From: Amoebophrya sp. A120
Taxonomy: Eukaryota > Protista > Dinoflagellata
Length of the DNA stretch: 64,000 bases
NCBI GenBank assembly: GCA_905178155.1
Contig: CAJINV010000010.1
Location: 1,284,709 to 1,348,708, forward strand
Reading direction: 5' to 3'
The first letter of the stretch is position 1, and each line of letters opens with the position of its first letter. Of the stretch, positions 1 to 13,800 are shown in pieces. The notes beneath the pieces were generated by a model, which saw only the letters and a program-made list of their open reading frames with translations, was not told the origin of the DNA and did no database searches. A program made the translations under genes and the position numbers.

Positions 1-1
1 T

Positions 2-1177
2 TACCACTGCGGCTTCTTCAACGTGGGTATCGCGCTGAACCCGGAAAAACTTGTTCCGGTGGACATCAACAGCAACACCGTCCTGTCCTCTCCCCCACCA
101 ACCCTCGAGACCCGGTTTCACTACTGCCGGTTCGAAAGCTCAACGATTCTCGCAACCGAAACTGCTTACCACCCAACGTTGCAGGTTAAGAATTCGGAGT
201 TTTTTGAGAACGGTTTGCTGCGTGGTGGAGCTACGGCTGGAAACGGTAACGAAATGACACAAAGTAGGATTTCTACACCAACATCATCGGCCGCTGCTGT
301 TTCGCGATCATCATATCTGTCAGCTGAAAACGACACAGAGAACGAGGAAAACGATGCGCCTGGCCACGCTAGTACAAATAAACGGACGACAGCAAGAGGG
401 AAGGGTAGCCGCAGGCTTCCCCAAGCCCAACGCGGCGGCCTTGCCCTGATCGCGAACTACAGCTCAACGGGCAGGTTTCGCATCCAGGATTGCAAATTCC
501 CGGTGTTGAGAAGAACGACGTGGGAAGGGCTTGAAGATGAAGATAATGGCCAAATGAACGAGTCGGCAGCTGCGGAGGAGCAGGTCACAGGCGGGGCGAA
601 CAATAGCGCGGCTTGGGAGCAGCCGGGAGCTGTTATGCACCGGGCCGCCGAGCCTCCGAAAAAAAATCTAACGAATTGTAAAGATTACCACAGGACAACA
701 AATTCAAGTGAGCGTCGAATGATAACGTTCGAGGATCTGAGAAGAGCGAATAGTGCAGCTGCTAATTTTGAAAGCCAGACATCTGCTGCACATGTGGAGG
801 TGGAAATGGTGAGTAGTGTAGTTGCAGCCGAGAACAATAAAGAAGCAGCAAACAATAACAAATCTCCAGCACGACCAGCACAAGGCACCACTTGCGCAAA
901 AATCAGGAAAACCACGGACAACTTTTCTTCTCTTGATTTCTTCCAAGAGTTAGAGCAGGGCGACAGCAGGAAAGGCAGCGAGGAGATCATCATTCCAGGA
1001 GCAGCTTCATCCGCTTCCCCCGGTAGCACCACTATGAGGTCCAAATGGATCATCTCGGGTTTCCGCCGGTGGAATTGTGAAAGGCTACCTACGGATGAGT
1101 ACAGCCTGACTGACGCACGGGAGCCGCGAGTGAACGCGGGAGGGAAGAGATGTTTTGAATTTATCGAACTTTCTTGA
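2..1177 (+). CDS. 3' part of a hypothetical protein (frame open from the window edge)
   Basis: Uninterrupted frame from nt 2 (YHCGFFNVG...) to TGA at 1175-1177. Low-complexity Ser/Ala/Asn middle resembles other genes in the window. No family recognised. Confidence 0.5.
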   Translation, partial: YHCGFFNVGIALNPEKLVPVDINSNTVLSSPPPTLETRFHYCRFESSTILATETAYHPTLQVKNSEFFENGLLRGGATAGNGNEMTQSRISTPTSSAAAVSRSSYLSAENDTENEENDAPGHASTNKRTTARGKGSRRLPQAQRGGLALIANYSSTGRFRIQDCKFPVLRRTTWEGLEDEDNGQMNESAAAEEQVTGGANNSAAWEQPGAVMHRAAEPPKKNLTNCKDYHRTTNSSERRMITFEDLRRANSAAANFESQTSAAHVEVEMVSSVVAAENNKEAANNNKSPARPAQGTTCAKIRKTTDNFSSLDFFQELEQGDSRKGSEEIIIPGAASSASPGSTTMRSKWIISGFRRWNCERLPTDEYSLTDAREPRVNAGGKRCFEFIELS

Positions 1178-2126
1178 AAGATGAAGCCACTGTGTTACTT
1201 ACGCGTAGCTCTAGCTGCTCGCGTTGACGAGGATACATGGGCGTGGAATTTCGCGCCTTAAATCTTTCTGCTGTTTTTTTTTCCGCAGCTCGTATGGATA
1301 TCAATTCTAGTTGCAGATGCTCACTGTTCTTTGACATGACGAACATTGTACTACATCTACAACGTCATTCAAAGTGTAGTAAATAAGAATAACATAATGC
1401 ACAACTACTATGTATATGAAAAAAGATTGCACGTCGCTGTCAGTAGCGTTATCCATGACTAGGATGTCCTTTTCGCCGGGGAATTACTGTCGACCTACTG
1501 CAGACGTCGAAACAGATCATTTTGGAATATCGAAGGGTCGAGATTTTACCTTCCGAAATAGCTTGAAATCGCAAAAAATATCGATCGCAATCTTCGTGCT
1601 GTGGTCAAAGCAAAAAACTCAAATTGCAATGACAGTATGAACAACCTTTCATCTCGTTGTGAAGCAAGTGCCCCGAGGGTCATTGGAGATGGATTCCCTT
1701 GTTCGCGACATCCTCGTGTGCGAATTCGTCTGTAGTGTAACGTTTGGTGGTTCGCTTCAAATATATTTATATAAGTTCGATCGGAGAGCGGCCCAGTCTT
1801 ATGTGGCTTGCATTTTTGTGGCTATATACTTCGAGAACGAGCTGTTGAGGGATTGATGGAGAGAAGGAAGACAGTTGTGTGGGTTTCATCGCTCGTTGAT
1901 GCATACATAAGAAGTGCAGAAGAGGAAGAAGAGCGGTTTCTGCTGTATTCCCAAAAATCTTAGTTTGAGGAGGAGAATTGTGAAGCGGATGAAAGATTTA
2001 TCTGTGAATGCATTGCGCATCTCTATGGAACTCTGAATCGTCAGCCTGAGTGTGAAGTGGTGAAGGTCTGCGGTGAACAAGTAGGAGAATCTGCAGTCGC
2101 ACGAGCCACAACAAGGAGTAAAAACG

Positions 2127-3294
<1,168 letters not shown>

Positions 3295-4270
3295 TTAACA
3301 TCTTCCCCCACCTGAACCAAAAAAATGACCAAGAACAAGAATACTATTGACGGGATCGAACAATAATTCGTAGCACATCTTCACCAGAACTAGAAGCAGG
3401 AGAAGCACAAGGCGCGTCTTCTATCACGTCTTACTTCACAGCCAGCACTTCTTTGGAGAATGGATCATACAGAACAGCCGGTCCCTGAGCAACCTTAAGT
3501 AACAAAACTTCGCGATCTTCTCATTTGAATAATTCTTCTTCGGGGTGGATGGCCACACACAAACCATCAGCCGCGAACGCTAGATGTCGGGATATCGGGT
3601 GAGCAAGCGTTTTGGAATAGGAAACTGCGTTGTGTACGCACGACAGTGAGTAGATGGCTTTTACGACCAGGACTACGTGTATTTTTTCCAAAAAATTATA
3701 ATAATTTAAATCAAAAAATTAAATAAAAATGAACGAAGCTACAACTTGCTCGACTTCTTTCTGGTCATGAGTTTACCACTAGAATCAAAACTGACATCAC
3801 TCAAATCAAAACCTCGCCTCTCGGCCTACAGAATCAAAACTGACATTACTGAACCTCAAGCACAACGACATGGAAGATGACAATCACCACAACTACTTCA
3901 GGCACATCCTTCATCTGGGCCACTCGACCTGTTTGCAACACGCGCTGCGATTTCCGACGTGAACTTCTGTAGCAGCACCCAAACCCGATGATTTGTCTTT
4001 CCTGCTACGCCACCGAAGGGAAGCAGAAGCGGGGCACGAAAGTGGAGATGTGGAGATCGAGTGCCGATATGCTTGTCTCACTACTTGAGCAGGCGTATTT
4101 TTTTACTGTTTGTCAGTACTTGAGCTTCATCGAGGCTGAACACTTGAACTAGACCTACCGGGACAGGAAGCCGCCACTGTCCACGGCCTTGCTTGCATGA
4201 AATCCCCGATGGCTACTGTATGTGTTGTGGCGCAATGATCCAGCGGTCAGCGTCAAGCGTTTCATGGTGG

Positions 4271-5603
4271 TCATCAGCACTTTGCTGATTGTCCATGCAC
4301 AGCATCATCTTGCCATGAAGAAGTCCACGGGGGGGGGGGCGTTGTCGGGGGCAGGCCGCCGCCTGCTGCTGCTGCAGCGCTTTTTTCAGCGGCAACGGAC
4401 CCAAAGTTCTGGGGCCCGTTGCTGAAAGTGGGATCTGGAGCGAATTTCTCGGCGTAGCCCGAAAGGCCCGCCCGAAACCCCAATCGCGATGACTTGTTTG
4501 CTTCGTTGCAAGAACTTAAGGCCAGAATAGGCCACAGCTTTAAGCCTTTGCAGCCAGCACGCAGTAAATTGCTGCGTGTTGGCTGCAAAGATTTACACTT
4601 GCGAACAAATTCGCAATCATACCATGGCCTTTTGTGAGTACGCAGAAGCGCGCGCATTCGTCACGCCTTACCAAGTCCTTCGCTTCTCAGCCACGGCCTT
4701 GGGTCTTCTTCATCTCAGCGCGGCGCCTTCAAGCACCTTCGTCGAAACAACGAAGGCGTTTGGAAGTGCCGTGATGTTCGCGGAAAAAAAATCATTTTTA
4801 TCGCAGAAAAATGCTACTTTGCGTGGGGGCCCGACCAGATTGTAGTCGGAGAAGCTGGTCGAGAAGCTGGTGGAGAAGCTGGTAGAGAAGCTGGTAGGAT
4901 GGAAGGCGACACTCCTAACAGCTTCTTTGCCAGCTCTCGCCAGCTCTTCGCTTTGGCGACCTAGCTAGCTTGTGCGCGCAACGATCCGCCTCGGGCGATA
5001 AAGGAAATGGCGAGCGTGCCGTTTGGAAACTGCCCACAAGTGCGAACCTCTGCAGCCCGCACGCACTAGCTTCCTGCGTGCTGGCTGCAAAAAAACCTGC
5101 TTGTGTGTATTTGGCATCCGCTTGTCATTTGTGGATATTTTGCCTTCTCCGGTGCGTTCTCTTCCACTGGCCCAACCTCTGGCCGAGCCCCTGGCCGCCC
5201 AACCTCACTTGTGCCTACCCTATGATCACACAGCCTCTTGCTCCACCTCCGGCGCCGCGCCAGGCGGAACCTCGGGCCCCGCGCCTGGCCCGGCCTCTGG
5301 CCGGCCAAGTCTATCTCTGGCCGAGCCCCGCCTGTCCTAGCCGGCTCGGCCTATCTCGGGCCCGGCCTCTGGCCCAACGAGGAGCCGCCGCCCCGGGGGA
5401 TCGGGCTTCTGAGCCGCGGCACCTTCGGCACCAGCTTCGGCACCAGCTTCGGCACCAACTTCGGCACCAGCTTCGCAACCAACCTCAACACCGGCTTTTT
5501 TCCAACTTTTCGCTAACTTTTTTTGTCCTTATCCTACCCCCTAGGCACATTTGCACAGGATATCGTCAGCACTTTGCTGATTGTCCATGCACAGCATCAT
5601 CTT
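4271..5603. repeat. About 41-bp direct repeats (4271-4311, 5563-5603) enclosing a GC-rich insert with inverted 12-bp arrays and an introner right end
   Basis: TCAGCACTTTGCTGATTGTCCATGCACAGCATCATCTT occurs twice. GAGAAGCTGGTN x4 at ~4850-4897, CGGCACCAGCTT x~5 at ~5417-5474, and TTTGCACAGGATA ending at 5562. Confidence 0.75.
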
Positions 5604-7844
5604 TGATGTTTGTCACTAATTATGCAGAAACTGACAAAGATGAACAGCAACAGTCGACATCGGCAACATGTAGGAATAAAGTAAAAGAAAAAAAGCCCGA
5701 GCTTGATATTTCATGCTTACAACTGTGGAGGTCTCTCTAAAACTAAAACAGGACCACGGACACTCCTCTTGACTCCCCAGATGCCTCGGTAACAAGATTA
5801 GATAGGAATTCACTGCGGCCTCTAGCGGGTTGTTGACATGTACCTGCGAGACCACTAGACAAGAAGGACTGCTAAAGCGTTTCTGTGATGGAGATCATCG
5901 TTGCCGGAAGGTATAAAGCACTGGTGTTGCAGTTCGTGTTGCTTTCTCACATCATGCAGATTTGGTCGTGCTGTAGGGTTTTTTTTTTTGCGTTTTTTTT
6001 TCATCGTCATCCTAAAAAAAACTTAATACAGGTATCCTTGTGCTTGTCCGCGCTTACGCTTTCAGGCCTTCTACTTACACGCGCGGAATGGAAGCATTGT
6101 GGAGACGGAAGGGAAGTGCTGCAGCGAGCCAAGATCTCCTAGAGGTGCTTTCTCGGTGTTCTGCATGCCGAGATTCGTGAAGATGTTACCGCGAGGGAGG
6201 TGGGGTCTGTGCATGTTATTCTTTTACCAAATGTTGTTTCATATATAGTGATAATGAAAAAACTGATAATGACGAGGTTGCCAGTTGCTCGACTTGTTTA
6301 TGATTTACAGATATGAGCTTGTATTTGTTGATAGCATTTCCTTACACGTAGGCGACTGTTGTATTTGTTTCGTATATATAAATGTGAAAGATGTTCTTGC
6401 ACCGAATCGCAAACGGATAGACCACAGCACCGTGGTCAGTGAAGAGGGCAAAAGCAAACCCAGATTGGATATGAACAGCAGTGACTCTTGAATGTATTGT
6501 ATTGGTGCTACTTGTACGGAGCCACAGCAAAGAAATCGATGCAGTATCGTCTGCGCGAAATTCATTCTGTTTGTGTCTCTGTTCCGCAGACCACTCTATA
6601 TCAAGTTCATAAGTTCGGATTCTGCCAGGCCTCAAGTGAGAGACTGATGAGATCTGGTTCGTCCACCTCGACTGATGCGAAAGAAGAAGCTCATATGTAG
6701 AAATGTAAAAAGCCCGAAGATCCACGTATTTTGTGTGTGCGCACAATGCAATGACGAGCAATAACATGATCATCTACAGCAAGTTCAAAGCTTTTTTTGT
6801 GTTGGCGCTCTCTTGATCTACAGCTACTACACGCAGGAGGCCAATAGCCAGAAGCGGACTATCGTGAAGAAGGTGTTCAAAGCATGAAAAGGATCATAGC
6901 AGCAAACAGCTCCCCGCGGTGTCTCCAACAAGAAACTGACTACACCAGATCCGACAGTACGTTTTTGGTCCCAGGAAAGATCGATAGATCACGTTTTTCA
7001 AAGGCAAAAAAAAATAAGAAAATATAAAGATCGCAAAATAAAGTAAAGAAAGCTCAGCGACAAATCCGAAAGGATGAGCACAAAAGGATGTAAAGGGTTA
7101 AGGGAAGGGTTTAGGGGCAAGGCAACTAGGCGATGCTGGGCGTAACTTCGTGTTTTCCAGTGTCCCCTGGTGGCGTTTGCGTGCCATCGCTCAAGCCTCG
7201 GCTTCGGCGGTGTTGACAGGAAGGGAGAGCAGAGGAGGCTCTCTTAGGACCTGCCAGCTTTGAGGCACCTGTTGGACGCGAGGAAGGGCAAGCAGAGGCG
7301 GCTTGTTTTGGACCTCGTGGCTGTGTGGAGGCTGGTAGGATTATCACGGATGAGGCGGTAGTGAAAGTCCAACCTGAAGCCAAGGACTGGTAGCACTCCG
7401 GTGATGCTTTTCCGCGGCGACTCCCCAGTCTTGGCTGTTCGACATCAAAACGGATGTTTTTTGGTCAAGTACTGGTAGCATATTGTTGAGACACAGTGTG
7501 CTAGCCACTTACTCTCAGGAACTCAATTAGCACGTACAACAGTCACTCGCTCGCCTAAAGAAGCGAGCACACAATTGATTTTTGGATACGGATGTGGTCG
7601 CTGGTGCCATTTTCTGTTGGAAGAGACTAGGTCTTTAGAAAAATCGACGAAACGAATTGGTCTTTATTATTGAAGATGTTGATGGTCGCTGATTCTTCTG
7701 AGTATCTTTCTCGCGTCAGGCGGCACTCTGTGACAGCACAATAGCTTCGTAACAACATCACATTTCGACTTCAAAAGGGGCCAAGTTTTTATCCAGTCAG
7801 CGTAGCCTCAACTACCTTCACTACCCTAACGACAAAAAACAAAA

Positions 7845-10800
7845 ATGGTCGCCCCCCCGCCACCCACCAAGCCCGTCTCCCCGATGGAGGCGCTGGACCA
7901 AATCGTCCCAGACTTGGACGAAAAAGAGTACATTGCCGAAATGATAAAAGAGGAAAACCCGACAGATTTCGACACGCTTTGGGACCTTCTCGCGGACTTT
8001 CTCGAATCAAGCGAAGAGTATGGCGGTACCGCGAAGCAGAACTGCAAGGACATCCTCCTCCTGATCCATCCGCCGAGCAGCACAAATATCACTACCACTA
8101 CGAAGAATAAAAACTTGCAGCAGGGCGGGTCGTCGCCAAGCGCAGGAGGTGCGGCGCAGAACACCAAGGCCAACAACGCGCCGAAGCTCCTCGGCGAGAT
8201 GCTCCAGACCGGACACGAGAACGCCGTCGGGTTCCAGGATGCCTTTATGGGTTTGGGCGAGAAAAAGGCGAACTACAACTATGAATTGCAAAAGTTGCAT
8301 CGTTCTTAGTATAAAAAAAAAATCGCATGAGAAATTTCCTCAGCATGAGAAAAGGAGTTTCGAATGTTGATTCACCTCCAGGAGAAGCAGACTTGTGATG
8401 CATGACTGCGATAATTAGAATAGAAGTACTACGAGTGCGAGACTTTTGCAATGTATAGCAACGAGGTGGTGGCGATTTCCGACCTGGTAAAGGAGCGGCG
8501 GACGCAAAACACAAAGGAAAAAGCGGCGGTGATGCACCGCATGCAACAGTGGATGAAGTCGAAGCTCAAACCTCCGGCACCGCAGCGACTCCATCGGACA
8601 GGGAACGCGATCGGGAAGGTGACGGATTTGATTATCGACAAATTCGGCGTCACGATCGGGGGGAAAGAGCTGATCGAGGACACAACGTTGAAAGTTGTTA
8701 TCGGCCGAAAGTACGGTCTCCACGGCCGCAACGGTACGGGTAAGACCTGTCTGCTCGCGACGCTGGCAAAAAAGGACCACCCGAAAATCCCGAAACATGT
8801 CCATATCGTGACGGTAGAACAGGAAATCGACCACCTCGCGACCTCGGATTCGGCCTTGTGGCACGTGCTAGCGGTGGACACGGAGCGGTGTGATTTGGAG
8901 GCAAAGATTAGGAAATTGGAGGAGTTAGGGGACAAAATCGGGGATAAAGACGCAAATTTGCTCGTGGAATACCAGGAAAGATGGGCGGAAATTGACGGAG
9001 ACGCCGCGCCGCACATCGCAGGAAGGATCTTGAGTGGTATAGAATATGAAGATGATTTTTTTCTCTTTCATCTCATGCTGTAATGCTGCACTACGAATCT
9101 CTATTTCTGGTGTGAACTTGTTCCCTAGCCACCGTTCACGGTCAAACACAAAAATCAGGTCTGGGTTTCGACGAAGCGCGACAGCACCAGGGAACCTCCA
9201 ACCTCTCCGGTGGTTGGCGCGCCAGGGTCGCCTTGGCCAGAGCTTTGTTCGCCGAGCCGGACATCCTGCTACTGGACGAACCGACAAACCACCTGGACGT
9301 GCACGCGGTCGCGTGGCTGGAGGATTTTCTGAAGGACTATCCGCAGACGATCATCATGGTCAGTCACGCGAGGGACACGTTGAACGAGGTATAAAGCTCT
9401 TTTATGCAATCATGCATTACAAATCTTCTGCTTTAGGTAAATCAGCATTACAAATTTTATTTCACATGCTGAAGAGGAAATTTGTACGATACTTTGTTTT
9501 GCACAGGATAGAGGGACACGTTGAACGAGGTATAAAGCTCTTTTATGGCAGTAATGCATGTTGACATCTTTCTTTCTTTCTTTCCGTGCCCGGGCACGGC
9601 ATCAAATCTTGCATAAAGCATGTTGACATCAGTTGTTCATCTTCATCTTGCATAAAGCATACTTAAAATCCTTCATGAAAACGCAGCCGAAATATATAAT
9701 AATCAGCATCGGAACTTACTACAACAAAACGTAGAGTTTGAGCGAGAATATAGTGCAGCTGCTTGAAAATCCAGTTGTAGATAATGACGTAATTCTATTT
9801 TCCAAAACTCGTCCACCAGGTCTGCACGGACATCACGCATCTGCAGTTTCAGAAGCTCTTTTTCTATACGAACTGCAAAAATGTCTAGGTCTGGAAGATT
9901 GCGAGATTTGTCATGCTTGTCAGGCATGACCAAAAAGTTTGTGATGCGTGTCCAAGAAGAGACCCTTTTGCCTGTCATGCTAAAACGCAGTTTGTCATGC
10001 GAAAAACGCAACACAAAGAAGCGCAGATATTTCTCATGCTTGGTGGTGCATTGCAGAGCATTCCATGTTCCCAACGCAGCATTACAAGTTTCCAGATCCA
10101 GACATTTTTGCATTTGATATTCTACCGCGGCGACTTTGACACGTTCGAGACCCTCTACGCGCAGAACAAAAAGCTGCTCGAGAAGCAGCACGAAAAGAAC
10201 GAGCGGGAAGCGGCGCACATGCAGCAGTTCATCGATAAGTTTAGGTGCAACGCGAAACGCGCCTCGATGGTGCAGTCAAGGATTAAGGCGCTGAACCGGT
10301 TACCTTTGCTCGACGAAATTCTCGAGGACCCGTCCTTGTCTTTCATGTTCGGCGAACCGGAGCCGGTGCCCACTATGAACTGCAAAAGTATCGTACTCGT
10401 ATAAATGCATTGCAAATTTTCCCAGCATGAGAATGAAAATTTGTAATGCTGATTTGCCTTGACAAAGAAATTTGTAATGCAAGACCTGCATTTATACGAG
10501 TGCGATACTTTTGCACAGCATACCCACGCCGATTTTGCAAATGGACGAAGCCTATGCATTGCAAGTATGTCTAGGTCCTCTGGAAGGTTGCAACTTGTGA
10601 TGCTGTGTTTGGATTCCAAAAAGAATTTGTATTGCATGACCAGCAACAGGTGTCCAGTTCCTGCTACGTGGAGGGGGTATTTCTCATGCGGAATAGGCAT
10701 CAGGAAGCCCCCTGGCCGAAAAATCTGTGATGCGCGGTCGTGCATTACAGACATCCTGGGTCATGCAAAACATGCATGACAAATCTCAGAATCTTCCAGG

Positions 10801-13800
10801 CCCAGACATTTTTACATTTGATAAAGCCTGCTTTCAGTACGAGTCCGCCGAGTCGCAGGTCAGCAAGAAGCCGTTATCCTGTGCAAAAGTATCGTACTCG
10901 TATTGCAATCATGCATCACAAATTCTTTTCTTCAGGTCAATCCGCATTACAGATTTCATTTCTCATGCTGAGGGAATTTGTAATGCATTTATACGAGTAC
11001 GATACTTTTGCAGCTCATAGCCGTTTCACCTGAACAACATCAATCTGAATATCGACCTGGAGTCGCGGATCGTGCTGGTCGGCGAGAATGGCTGCGGAAA
11101 GTCGACCTTGTATCAAATGTAAAAATGTCTGGGTCTGGAAGAGTTGGAACTTGTGACGCAAACTCTGGAACACACAAAAATTTGTGTTGCATGAGCGCCA
11201 AAAGCCGTCCATTTCTTGGTACGCAAGTAGAAAGTTTCTCATGCGGGACAGGCACCATGAGACGCGCTCGGAACCTGTGTTGCTTTTGCCTGCATCAGAC
11301 GCCATTTGCGTGATCCGAAATATGCATGACAAATCTTACAATCTTCCAGACCCAGACACTTTTACAATCCATACCTTGCTCAAAATGCTGATTGGCGACC
11401 ACGAGCCGAAGGCTGGGATTGTGCGACGGCACAACCTATCAACTGCAAAAGCATCGTACTTAGTAGAAATTGCATTACAAATTTGCTCAGCATTACAAAT
11501 TGAATTTGTAATGCGGATTTGCCTTAGCAAAAAGATTTGTAATGCATGATTGCGAGTACTACGAGTGCGATACTTTTGCACAGGATATAACCGGCTGCGC
11601 ATTGGGTATTTCACCCAGCACCATGTCGAATCGATGGACCTGACGCTGAACTCTATGCAAGAACAAAACTGTGTAAGTGTAACGTTGTCTTGCAGATGTT
11701 GCAATACAGTTACACTTGTCATGCTGGATAAGCATCAGAAGCTATTTTCATACGTGTATTCGCGTACTAGCTACGCATGACAGGTTTTCTCTGTCATGGA
11801 AACCAAATCTGTGATGCTGTTCCTGCAAAAAAGTTTACACTTACACGCTTTTTTTCTTGGATAAACTCCATCCAGAATCTAATGGAAAGATACCCAAAGG
11901 CGATGAACGAAGGTGTGATAATTTATGAAGACATTTTTGTTTTTTTGTTTATTTGTTGCGGTGCTGTCGCTGTGGCGGACAGAGATCGCGGTGTGATATT
12001 TGATATTTTAACGGGATCACTTAACTCAGAAGCAGGCGGCGCTAAAAGTAAAGATAACGCATTTCCAACCGATTTCAAAAGTTTCGGATTGAGGGTCTTC
12101 CTCTCTAACAGAAGCAAACCACGGGCCGCATGGGACACTCAGGGCGACGCTTTTGCGCCCGCTCGAAGCCACTCATGGGCAGCGTTCTAGGTTTCCGTTG
12201 GGTGGGGCTCAAGGGTGCCACATGTGGCCCATTTCGCCTTCCTTTCCAACCGTCATCCACTTCGGGTTCAATTGTTTGCGGCCTTTTTTAAGGGGCCGCA
12301 AAGTCATGTGTGCTCCCCTGGCCGCGAGATGATTCGGCCCTTGTCGAGCTTTTTGTCCCCGACGCGGAAGCCTATGGCGGCTTCCAGCTTGCACATCTGC
12401 TTCTATTTCTTTTCCAAATCTCCGTCGCGGCTGCCATTCAACAGATGACTTCCCACCGTAATCCCCACCTTATTTTGGCGCGCCTATTGCAGTAAGGGTT
12501 TTAACTTGAGGCCGCGCCAACTTTTCTCTCGGCGGCCCAATTTCAAATGGTGCTCGAGATTCGGTCAGAAGTTGGTCCAAAATCGGTCTGGACACAGATT
12601 CTAATATACGGACCGAATTTGGACCAACTTCTGACCGAATCTCGATCACCGTTTGAAATTGGGGCAGGGACTCGATCGCCGTTTGAAAATCTCGATCACC
12701 GTTTGAATATCTCGATCACCGTTTGAATATCTCGATCACCATTTGAAATTCTCGATCCCCGTTTGAAGTTGTCGGCTGGCGACCTGGGGGCACAAAAGGC
12801 CGGCATGAAGTCCGAAGCTCTATCTTATAGGGTGGCGCAACATAGTGGTGGCACCAGGCGTGGCCGCCCACTGGCGCCGATCTTCCCCCACCTGAATGTG
12901 GCGCCGTGATGGTTCCAACAGGAAGAGCTACAGGAACATTGTTGGGCTTCTTTGGGCAGACCGCGCGCCTCCGCGCCGTTCACAGCAGGCTTGTTTGCCT
13001 CGGGCTCACGAGCATGGCGCCTGCCTCTTGGCCGCCCGGTGCCAAATTTGGCGCCGCTCGCTCGGATAGAGGCTCTGAGGTTGGTAGAAATAGTGAGCAC
13101 CCATCCCATAGGGGTGTGAAAGTCTGAAACTTTTGAAATTGGTTTGAATTATGTTCGAAAAGAAATTAGTGCCCGCTTGCTCTTGAGTTAAGGGATCACC
13201 ACGACGAACTTTTGTAGGCTGTGGGAACGTTGTTCAAATTCAGTACTACCCAAACTCTATTCAATTCTCCAACTCGTCTTTTCAGATGGTATGAAAATTT
13301 TCAACAGGTGAGGAAGCCGCCCGCAACTGGCTAGGGCGTTTCGGTGTGATGCAGAGCCTCGCTGTGGAGCCATTGTATGTGCTCTCCGGGTATGCAATAC
13401 AAATTTATTGATTCCCGTACACGACGTACAAATTGCTGTAATTGCATGACAAGTTTAATGATCGCCAACTGAGAATGTGCCACTTTTCATGCTGAATAGA
13501 AGGATTGAGCAAGGCGAGTTTTGTCATGCAGAAACCGCATTTGTACGCGTGCGGAAAACCAATTTAGCATGCATACTGGTGGTCAGAAATCCCGAGTGGC
13601 GCTCGCGTTGTTGGCGTACGCAAATCCACACATTCTGGTCATGGACGAGCCGACAAATCACTTGGATTTAGGTACAGACGATTCATTTTGTCATGCTGTG
13701 CAGTTTATACAGATGATTTTGTCATGCTGGAAAACCTTCACGGACGACTTGCTGTTGTAGTGCATGCTCACCTAGCTACACGACTGTGTCCTGAAAATTG

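Noticed and set aside
3781-3850. Duplicated AGAATCAAAACTGACAT(C/T)ACT
   Set aside because: A small local duplication with no associated structure.
7091-7120. Telomere-like TAAAGGG/TTAAGGG/TTTAGGG run
   Set aside because: Only 3-4 degenerate units; too weak to call.
12671-12767. Short regularly repeated units resembling CRISPR arrays (also 62381-62478)
   Set aside because: Head-to-tail repeats without unique spacers, no cas genes, and a eukaryotic context.
12021-13191. piggyBac assignment based on TTAA at both ends
   Set aside because: A perfect 8-bp duplication lies outside the TTAA, so TTAA is better read as part of the TIR. The termini are also not CCC/GGG.
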